Below, one piece after another: positions 1 to 10,846 of a stretch of DNA of 64,000 nt. Numbering within the stretch: the first letter of the stretch is position 1; each line of letters opens with the position of its first letter. Source of the stretch: Podarcis pityusensis (lineage: Eukaryota); assembly GCA_964106645.2 (NCBI GenBank), contig OZ067038.1; one strand, 5' to 3'. The position numbers and the translations under genes are program-made. The notes beneath the pieces were generated by a model that was not told where the DNA came from, did no database searches, and saw nothing but the letters and a program-made list of their open reading frames with translations.

Positions 1-392
1 CTACCAGTAGGCAGAAAGCGGGAACCAACTCCTTCTGTAGCCCCCAGCTGTTTCCTTCTGTTGCTGTTTTGTTCTGCCTTGTCCCTTTAATCTGGCCTGC
101 TGCTTTATGTGCACTGCAAAAAGCTATCCCATCATCCCTGGTGCTGAAGGAAAATTAATCTGCATGTCTGGAGCTGTTTAAAATTTGCTTGAGTAGCCAT
201 GCTCAATGCATCATCGCCGCATATATCTGTGCTGTTTCTTACAGAGCTCTATGATGATGTCACACTAAAAAGGCAGGCTCCGTGTCAGATCTGATGTATG
301 TTTCTGGACAGCTCTCATAATGCTTTTTCAGGATCTAGGCCAGTGCAGTTTAGCTATTTTTCTCCAATTGCAGCTGGAGGTAAGCATTTAAT

Positions 393-527
393 GCAGGGTT
401 GGAGAACCTGTGGCACTCCAGAGACATTGCTGGGCTCCCACCAACCCCAGTCTGCATGGCCCATGGTGAAGGACGGTGGGAGCTGCAGTTCAACAGCATT
501 TGGAGGGCCACAGGTTTCACATCCTTA
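393..527. mobile_element. Palindromic squamate hAT-like MITE
   Basis: Inverted ends aacctgtggc..tcca / tggagggccacaggtt. Related copies occur near 2340-2455, 8880-9010, 29088-29340, 39230-39300, 40310-40415 and 53205-53320. Confidence 0.55.
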
Positions 528-648
528 GACTAGGCCATACTCACCCTGGAAACAAATATGACATTATAATGCCATGGCATGTGATAACTGAGCTCACTAT
601 CATGTTAGATTGCTGAATTGTTACTTATCACATGTTCATTCCTTCAAG

Positions 649-1020
649 TTTTTCAGTGACTTTGCTCTGTGACCCCATGGATGCCAATCTGGACATTGGG
701 CTGTTGCTTGCGGTCAGCTTTCTTGAGAAATCCATTGTCCGGAATTCACGGATTGGTGGGAAATGGGGTAAAGAGGAAAAGACCATTCCTTACTTCCCAT
801 TTACAGCAGGGGAATCATTTAAGGTAATTTTACTTGATAGTATGGGAGACAGATATATAGATAATGATATAAACTGCCTAAGACCCTCTGGCCCAGTATT
901 GTATTGTTTTGTATTGTATCTGGCTCAGTTTTGTATTGCTGTCTTGTTTTTAACACTCGATGGGGAGCCGCCCAGAGTGGCTGGGGAAACTCAGCCAGAT
1001 GGGCGGGGTATAAATAATAA

Positions 1021-1055
<35 letters not shown>

Positions 1056-1597
1056 CTCCTTTGACTGACAGCAGCTCTCCAAGGCCTCAGGCAGATTTTC
1101 TCTTTCAACTCTTCTGATCATCTAACTATAGGAGCTTGGGACTAAAGTTGTGGTCGTGTTTGTAATAAACATGTCCTCTATTTGCTCCATCTGTATTTAC
1201 AGGATCAAAAGGAAGACCATTTATTTATTTATGAAGATATTACTAGGCTGTCAAGTCATAATAAAATATGGTTGTCATTTAAGTAGGACTTCCAGTGTAG
1301 TATTTCCAATTCATTTTCAAAAGCATCTACGCATAATCAAGTCCCATTAAAATCAATAAGCTTGCGACTCATTATTTTGTGGGTGCCCAACTTTATTGGG
1401 ATTGCTGTCAGGCTCTGCCCCTGCCACCCATGGATCTAATTTGTTTTTTTCAGATGGAGCTCTTGTGCGAGCATCAGCAGATTCGGGTCTTGCTTGATGG
1501 ACGTCAGCTCTGCAGTTTCACTCACCGCGTGCAGCCTATGCAAAGGGTGACAGCTTTACAAATCTCCGGAGACATCAAGCTCACCAAAGTGGCTTGA
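649..1597 (+). CDS. Galectin-related protein (LGALSL-like paralog), last two coding exons: 649-823 and 1454-1597; upstream exons outside window
   Basis: Exon 649-823 encodes FSVTLLCDPMDANLDIGLLLAVSFLEKSIVRNSRIGGKWGKEEKTIPYFPFTAGESFK and ends AAG|gtaatt. Exon 1454-1597 follows ttttcag and encodes MELLCEHQQIRVLLDGRQLCSFTHRVQPMQRVTALQISGDIKLTKVA*. Galectin CRD motifs RNS..WG.EE, IPYFPF and GD..LT are present. The 47-aa last exon parallels the LGALSL C-terminus. The first acceptor could alternatively be the cag ending at 656. Confidence 0.85.
955..1055 (+). mobile_element. L2 LINE 3' end with (TAT)n tail
   Basis: ggagccgcccagagtggctggggaaactcagccagatgggcggggtataaataataa(attatt)n is near-identical to the 3' end of the copy at 16008-16578. 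Confidence 0.8.
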
Positions 1598-4004
1598 AGA
1601 AAAGAATATATAATCCCGTATCTCCCCTTGGTTGGTGAAGAAATGTTCTCCTTATGCCATTGGATGTTGTTCCTTACTTTTGCTCTTATGTGTGCTTCTT
1701 GAGATTTTAAATGAAGGCTGAGCTCTATAAATAACCCTATTATAGCTTGATAAGTTGCAGCAATATATTTCAACATGCATTCTTTTACAGCTGCAAGCAG
1801 CACTTTTGTCTATAGCTGTTTACACATCACTGGCTTAAAACTCAGATTCTTTTTCTCAATTCAGATTGAAGCTGGTTTGAGGGGAAACGCATCAGAACAC
1901 AGTATTTCATAAGAAATGACAGGATAGATTTGAAGCGTAGCTATCATCATGTGTACACTATTTCCTAAACCAGCAGTGGGAGGATGTAGAGTTAATGAGA
2001 CTATGTACACAGCCTATGATAAGCTACCATATGGTAAATGGCAGTACATATGTAGTTGTACTTTTTCCTAGCTGTACATCACCTGATCTGAACCATTTCT
2101 GGTGTAGACAGTCATGCAATGACAATATGAAGAAAACAATGTGGTGAGAAAAAGGAGCATTCCTAATAAAGCAGTCCCTATTCCACATTGTGTGCATGCC
2201 CCCACATAAGGGTGGATTAGACTAGGAAGACAGGACTTTACATGCACCTTTTGCCTAACAGTTGCATTTTAAGAAGCCAATATACAGAATTTATATGAAT
2301 TAGCCTCAAGGTACAGCTCTCATCAAGCTTTCCTATGTGAAGGGGGTGGTGAACGTGGACTATAGCTCTCATCATCCCTGACCATTGGTTATGCTGACTG
2401 GGGCTGAAAGAAACTGGAGTCTCACAACATCTGGAGGGCAACAGATTCCCCATTCTTGCTATATGACTTCAGAGAAAACACACAGAATTCTCTGTGGGTG
2501 CATTTGGGATCTGGGCAAATGTTTTGGTATGAAAGGTTGGATGCACAGAAAATAGTAATTTCCAAAACTGAGTGGGAGGGTTTCATATTATAGTGTTTAA
2601 AAATATATGCTCAGGCTTGAACTGGCAGCCAAATGCAGCAACTCTGCACATCATCTTTCCCTCTGGTTGTGACTGTTGAGTTTTATTATATAAAGTTGTT
2701 TTCCACAAACAACCAAATCCATAGGCCAACTTTAGGCTTGTCAGCAAGTCTCTTGTGCTTTTGAAATTATTAACATTTAAAGGCATACCACAAGTGGCTC
2801 ATCACTGTTTATTTTTATTTTTTTAAAAAAACTTTTTTTGCAATTTTACAGCTACAGAATAAATAAACAAATCGGAAATACAAACAAATCATAGAAAAGA
2901 TCATACAAAAAAATATATGGAAGATCATTAAAACATACCCCAAATATCACTTTTAAATATGGTAATTACCTTCTGCGAAACCTCAGTGTCAGAGCTTCTT
3001 AAGTGTTTCATGGGACATTTTTACTTAAAAAAGAAAAGAAAATACTATATTTGGCATGCAGTTCAAACTGCAGGAGTTACCCATCTTGAGACATCTAGCC
3101 TCATTATCCTCTACAGAAATTAATTTCCCACAGGTAAAACACAACATAAAAAATATTGGACCTGCCATTTTCCCCTTTCCTCTGCCTTCTGGCAGAAGGC
3201 ACTTCTGCTTGTAAGAGGTGAACTGTTCTCAGGAACTCAAACTGGCCAGTGGGCTCTATACATGAACTTTCATATGGTCATACACAAATAGGCCAGCTTA
3301 AAAATGTATAATATGCTATAAAAAAAACAACTGAAGCTTAAAACCATCTAAAAGCTGGCAATGAAATTGGGAGGAATTCAGTGTTGCGCTATGATGAACC
3401 TTCCGTTTGTACAAGTATTTCATCTTGACAGGCAGAACAGTTTCCCCTGCTCTTCTCCCTCTGCATGCTATTCTGGGTGTTCTCTGGACACACACACCCT
3501 AGGCAACTTCGGGGGAATGGGAGGAGGAAAGGAGAAAGACCCATTGCGCAAGTGGGAATCCTTATGCAGGGCTTCTGCTGATGGGGCTTGTTAGGCGAAT
3601 CCCATCCTATATCCTTCTGGGCTGTAAAGGTGAATGGAAACGGATGGCAGAGGTCCAATTCAATTTCCAAGCTTGATGTCCCCATTCTAGGTTTGTCCAA
3701 TTCTGTGTCATGTGATTTAGCTTTACTCAGATGAATGTACCTGGTTCAGAATTCCCAAAATGATTCTAGGAAAATGAGGCATAAGTATTGTGGACCACAT
3801 ACAGGAACTGACTTTTAAAAAAATCTGAATGTACAAGTCTTCAGATACGGAAAGTGTGGTAAAGGCCCGAGTAGATTTGTTGGATGCAGGATTTATGTTT
3901 GGCTGAAACAACTCACTTGTGCATCTCAAAAACCAACCATTATATTACCCCCAAAGCGATGATCCAAGTCAATGGTTTTGTCCACATAAGAAATTTGCAA
4001 ATGT

Positions 4005-7000
4005 CTATGTTAGCTGTTTGATGGCTTCAATCCAGCTTGCCCTCTCTGCCTTGGAACTGGCCTGTATAAAGTAGTGAATGTCATTCTTTGTTATGATTTT
4101 GAAGAGGTTGCCCTGCACATTCCCTTTCACTCCTGCAACAAAAAGGAAAAGGGAGGGGAATGTTAGGAAGGCGCAGGGACAACACAATTGCTGCAGTAAC
4201 AGCAAAATCTCACAAGGGAGAGAGTTTGATAACTCAACACAATTTTGCTTTTGTTGATAAAAGAGTGTACCACTGCATTGATATGAATACAGGCTTGGAT
4301 CTGGATCCAGCTAACCCGGTGTGCTAGCAGAAGCTAGTGCAAGGGCTCCCGCTAACACAGTGGGTTTCTTCCCCCTCTTGTCTGCCTGAACACCCACACA
4401 CCTTGTCCAAATCCACTTTGGAGGGTTGAGAGAATCCCTAGAACAGCAGGAGGGGAAAGGGCGTACCATTTCATCTGAAAAGCAGAAATGCTTGCACGGA
4501 TCAGAAGAGTGATGTGATGTTGAATTCTTCCCTTTATCTTTACATGGCCTCCCATCCACCCAAGTGCCATGAAAAGCCAAAAAAGCAACACTTATTTTCT
4601 CCATACTATACTGTCCTTAATCTGGTGATATGGCTGCTTGAGCCAGCTATTTATAATTAAGAGAGCTACAGCCAGTCCTATTGTCACAGTTTTTCAAGGT
4701 GCCCTAATTGGTGTTCAGACTGGAGAAGGGGCAAACAGGGCCTGGCCCCCTGGCCTTTATGACAATTTCCTAAACTACTGTTTTTGGAAACCTACTGGGG
4801 AGGTGTGATTTGACTAAAATAGTAGGGTGCGGAATTCATGGATTTCATTACGCCCACCACCATTACCACTTAATCTCCCATAACTGGGAGCCCAGGCCCT
4901 AATATCTGAAATGGCTTCAGCTTTCCCAGTGTAAGCAGCTGATTCACACTAAACTTTATTCATAAACAAGAAAGGAACATGTGAAGAGCTCCACAACCAA
5001 AGGAACTGTTATGTTCATACTTGCCTGTTGGGACTCCATTATCTTCCAATGCTGAGACAAGGCAACCACGGAGAGAGAATCCCCCAACTGGTCGGTTATC
5101 TTCCTATGGTGGGTGGAAAGAGTCCAAATGGAGAAGTAAGGAATATGAATTATATGTTCTATGCAACACATTTTATTTTGGCAAGACATGCAGTAGCTGG
5201 CCACATCAACACAACATGAATCTTGTCCTAGCCTGTTCCTCTTTGGGATAGGCCTCTGGAGGTTCTAGGTGTTAATTATGTAAAGAGGTAGTATCTTAAT
5301 TTAAAAAATTATACATGTCTTCCTCCAAAGTGTTTTAATAACAGAGTTGAATTCTAAAGACAAGGGGGGAATTATAGGAACCTAGGAAGCTGTCTTATAC
5401 TGCATCAGACAGTTTGTCCATCTATTATTTATTAGTTGATTCCATTTATGAATTGCCTTAATAAAAACATTATCTAGGCAACATACACAGCAAGATCAAA
5501 AAACCAACACATATTATATAATTCAATGAAATCATAAATAAATTGATAAAATCAACCCAGCAGTGTTATAAATCCAATCTAGATCAACACAGGCTGTGAA
5601 TTACACCTTTGAAGCATATTTCCCCCCTCAAATAATTCTGGGCACCGTAGTTTCTTAAGGGTTGCTGGAAATTATAAATCTGTGAGGAGTAAATTGCGGT
5701 GCCCAAAATTCTTTGAAGGAAATGAGCTTTAAATATATGGTGTGCGCACAGCCACAGACCAAACTCCAGCAACCAACCTAATTAGCATAACAACAAAACA
5801 CAGCGCCATGTGGCCTTGCCCCTACAATTGAGGGAGCGGGGGAACGAAATGCACCCCCCCCCCCAGATGCCACATTTGTTGACCACAAGAGGTTTAGTTT
5901 CAGCCTCACATGATTCTAACTTAAGCACAAAAAAATTCAGATCTATTTTACCAAAAAGTTACACACAAGACATGAGATAGTTTATGTACTGGGAGTCTAC
6001 CATCTCACCTTTGTGGGGTCATAATAGTGTAGGAAAGCAGGGTCAGCCCTCAGGACAAAGCGCCTCACCTTCCAGTTTTTCCTCTTGTGTCCCTAAAAGT
6101 TGAAAAGATTAATAGATCCATTTCACCTTCCATTTCTCAGTTTGTCCTTCTGAAATGGCCTGTAGATCTGCATACACTGAGACATTTCTCGTTATCTGTT
6201 TTACCACATTTTATCTTCACAACAACCCTGTGAAACAGGTTTAGCCCAGAGGAATATTGTCATAGCCAAGTAAGTTAGACATAGAAACATTGTCGGAGGC
6301 AGAATTGAAGTCATTGTGCATTTTGCTAAGCCACTACATCAACTTCCTTTCCTAGCTCAAACAATTAAAGACAGAAGTTTCTGAATAGCAACTGTAGGCT
6401 AGATTCAAATGCTTGTTTTTGAGAACCAAATTTGCTTCAGAATCGGAATATAATAATGTACACATTGGGACCGCTGTTTCATAGAAGATCTGATTTTAGT
6501 GCAAATTATTTTGGAATTCTGCTGAGAATGACAATTCAAAAGGATCACTTGGCACACAAATCCTTGTGGGGGATTCTATTCACCAAGGCACTTCACAATG
6601 GTCTCTTAATTCCATTTTAACTTTCAGTGCACTGAAGTGTGTGGGGGAACAACCTGATTTACAAAACTATTTGAAATCAGTATAGATAGTTCTGTGTCGG
6701 GGCAGGGGGGGGGGGGCGGGAATGAAAGGCTTTCCTGGTCAGAAAATTGTTTTTTCCGATTATGATTTGAACAGCATTTCTTATGTCACACAGAAAGCTA
6801 AACCATACATTTACATTTAGACATATCACAAGGCCCAGTGCTTTTTGTGTTGTACCACATCAGGTGAAAGATTGTGTTTCAATTATTCTCCGCCCCAAAC
6901 ATTATTTGCTAAAGGAAAGGTAGCATATCTGCAAGAAGGATGCCAGTTAGTTTTCTAAAGGCAAATATATTTCCTACTGAAGTATTAGGCATAGAACACC

Positions 7001-10000
7001 ACACTTTTTTCTATACATTTGGTCCTATGTGCACTCTTTTGCAACACTGTTCATGTGATTGTGATCTTTGGGTTGTATTCAACAGTACGCCAGCAGACTT
7101 CCCCTTTCCTCTCCTCTCCTCTCCATGTGCCCCCCTCAGATCTGCTCCAGATCCTCCCCCAATGCACTGGAGCAGTTTTCGAGGGTGGGCACGAGCAGAA
7201 GAGGAGAGAGAAGTCCCATTGGACAAGTGGAAGTTTATTGTACAAGCAGATACCACCCATATTATTTAATTTTATTACCCAACTTTCTTCTTTAAAAAGA
7301 GCTTAAGAAGACACTAAATACAGCATTGCCCAGTCTCCCATTCTCCACTTGCCAACATGATTCAGAAGTCATGGTTACCTGTTTTATTAAAAATCCTTGT
7401 TTTAAAATGGTGCCACTCAGTTCAATAATGTTAAGATGAATATTTTCTTTGGAGGTGGTTCTCTTCTTATAGTTTTCCGCCTGCAATAAAAAATAAAGAT
7501 ATTGGGGAAATTGGGGTAGCGGTAGCAAAACGAGTACAAAATACAGAAGCGTTCCTTTCCTCCTTTAGCATGGAACTTTTCATTTCTCAGTCATAGAAAT
7601 TTCCATCTTCAAAGCAGTTTTTTTGCCAGACACAATAAACAGCAGGGATGGTCTCAGCACCCAGTATCCTCAGGCAGTTGGCAGGACCCCAATGCTCTTA
7701 AAGTGCCCACCACTACTGATGTCACCCCTAGGCAGGTGGCTCACAACCACCCATTGCAGGTCTCAGCACTGCTGCCACCACTCCCAGCAAATAATGCTGC
7801 TGGAGAGGCCCAGAGGGCCTTTTGCTGCCCCCTCACTAATAAACAGGCACAGAAGTGCATAAATTAAGTTTCATTATGGCAGCTACAATGAGCTGTTCCC
7901 ATATTGCATCCAGATAAACGCCAAACTGTTCCTGTTGCACGTCCACACCCAACCCAAAGTCCAACTACAGTATTAGTCAGATATACCTTGGAAAGCATTA
8001 GAAAGATTTTGCCCAAGTTATCTTTTGGCCTGATTTTCATTTGCTGCAAATCTTTCATATCAGTCCCTCCAATGCGTATGCACACTGTGCCCCCGTTGTT
8101 TTTTTAGTGTCCTCATTTGCAGAAAGGAGACTTCCAGAAATCTCATCACTTACAAATGTGTACAGAGCTGTAGAGTCATCCAAAAACTGCTCTGTCAAAT
8201 CACCATTCCTCATGGCTTCAACACTGCGGGCTCCCACAGGCTTAATGAAATTTTCATCCACCAACACAGAGGCCAGGGTGACAGCCTCTAGACGGGAGGC
8301 TGAAAAACTATTGGAAATCAGCCAGTCAACCAGCACAGAGCCTGAAAAGAATAAAGGCAAAAACAGGTGAGCAAAAACAGCAAGCAGCCAGTCAATTCCC
8401 AAGGAAGGTAGAGGTTTTTAGTACTCATCCTCTAATAGAGAAATGAGTCTTAAATTGTAATCTAACCTGACTGAAGAGCAGACATTTGCATGCACATTTT
8501 CATAAACTTGGCAGGTAGCACTGTCTTTCTGGATAACCTCATTCTAGACTAGCCCAAGACATTTTGCAGGCAAAGGGAACCCTTTCAACTCTACAATTCT
8601 ATGATTCTGTGAAGCGCGCGCACACACAATTCACAAATGATACCTAAAATTAGAGGTGTTTGGGCTCTAGACTGTATTTTCCCCTTACATTTTAATCTTG
8701 CCTTTCCTTTAAGGAGCATAGTACAGTGTAGACGGGTCTCCCTCTTTCATTTCATCCTCATCACAGCCCAGGGAGGTAGATTAGGCTGAGACGCCATGAT
8801 TGGCTCAAAGTCACCCAGTGAACTTCACGGCCAAGTAGGGAATTGAACCCAAATCCCCTGGTCCTAAAGCAATTCAGGAGTAGCCAATGTGGTGCCCTCC
8901 AACTGCAGTTGGACCAACTGCAATCACCTCTAGACATTTGTTTAGCTGGCTGGGGCTGATGGAAGTTGTAGTTCAACACCATATGAAGGGCACCATGTTA
9001 GCTACCCACCCCACACTCCAAACACTACCCAAATACTAGGTTTGGAACCAACTCCCACTAATGCGTAAGTACCTCCATCTAATCACCAGCATGTGAGGTC
9101 TGGCTGTAGCTACTAGTGGGAGAGAAATCACTGAAGATGTGCTCTTATTGTTCATGTCCCAGGGCTGTGCCCTAATAATGAAAACAAAGTTCTGAAGCTG
9201 CACCATGGTGGGCCCTGGGAGAAAACAACATTCCTTTGCATCAGATTATTTTGAAGTACTAGGAGGCTAATAACATGAGGTTTGCCTACCTGTAAAACTT
9301 TCTTTATATGTGCTGCCTTGTTCTGTGTTGGGTGTGAGCTTAATTCCACTGCTGCTGTCATGCATTTTGTCCACAATGTGACTGGAAAAAAACCAGCAAA
9401 AAGGTTAATGTTTAAGAAAACAGAGAATCCGGTTTTGTGAGGGGACTCAAATCCCTCTGTCTCAATTCATACAGCCAATAAAGAGCACAGTTTCAATCGA
9501 AAGTAGCTCAGGCATGAGTGGAAGGCAATTCCAGTTACACACAGGAGAGTACCATTGATTTCTGTCCCTTCAGTCCTCTATCCTTGATTCAATCAAGTAG
9601 TGGCATAGTGGGGGGGGGGCATGGGGGCAATTGCCCTGGATGCACAATTGGGGGTGGCAGGCGAACCAGGCTGGGGAATGCTGGGGATGATCTTCACCCT
9701 CCACATGTCCCTCCCCCGCCTGTGAGTGCCTGCCCGGTGGCGGTGGCAAGGGCCAGATGAGCACACTCTACACCCGCCCCGGGTGCTGGCAAACAGCACT
9801 ATGCCCTTGCTTGAATGCATCTCATTCTATGTTGCTGTCAAGTAAGCTCAGTCTTGGGACTATATTCCAGTGTGGTCCCTCTTTAGATGGTAAGGCATAT
9901 TACTTCACTTCAAAATGTGGTAAACCAGCCTTGAAGTGGGGCTCTGAGCTTCTGCCCCAAAGTCCTGCCCTGATGGCACCACTGTCCAGAGAGTCCCCTG

Positions 10001-10801
10001 AGCCTCAGGTCTATAAAAACATAAGAGCAGCGCTGCAGAATCAGACCAAACGTCAACCTAGTCCAGCATTTATTCTCCTGCAGTAGCCAAGCAGATGGCC
10101 ATGGGGAGCCCACAAACTTCTTCTTCTTAACAACCATGAGTGGTTAGCCCAAAGAAAACCTTGGCTACAACTTATGGTTTGTCTGAATTGAGACAAACCA
10201 CAATCTTGGATTCAGACATAATGTTAAACTAAACCATGGCTTAGCTTCAGGTAGCACAGCAGCAGAACTGGGGGAGAAGTGAAGCAGCCATGACATTTGC
10301 TATGAGCATGTTCACATTTAGCCACAGTCTGGCTTAGTGTTATATACAAACTGGGCTACACACACCCCACAAATTGCAGGAAAGCAGATGGAGGCATTAT
10401 TTAACACTTACTTCAGGCTGATATTTGAGGGCAGTTTGAAGGAATTTTTCATGCGGTGAAGTTGCTGGACTTGCACTGGGTTGCCAGCATGAATAGCACC
10501 AGTTATATCCAACGCCCAGGCATCACGCTCTTCTCGAGAGCAGAAATCGAGGAAATACTCTGTGTTTGTTTTTGTCTTCAGTTTAATGACCAACTACAAA
10601 TAAACCCACAAGAAACAACAATATATTATTTGCTATCAGTGCATCTCTCAGAAATTCTGAAATTTGAGAGACCTTGAACAGCTTAACTTTCTGGTCATAA
10701 ACAGATGTGATCAAACATTTTCACAGGTAAAACTACATGATAAATCTACCTGCTTTATTTATCACATCTATCTATATCTATCTATCATCTATCTATCTAT
10801 C

Positions 10802-10846
<45 letters not shown>

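Noticed and set aside
819-1121. Poly-Ile / poly-Leu ORFs resembling signal or transmembrane segments (also 15927-16278)
   Set aside because: They are translations of the (TAT)n tails of L2 elements.
5019-5021. Canonical GT donor for PLEK2 exon 8
   Set aside because: It gives phase 2, which is incompatible with the phase-1 final exon. The GC donor 4 nt upstream restores the conserved protein.
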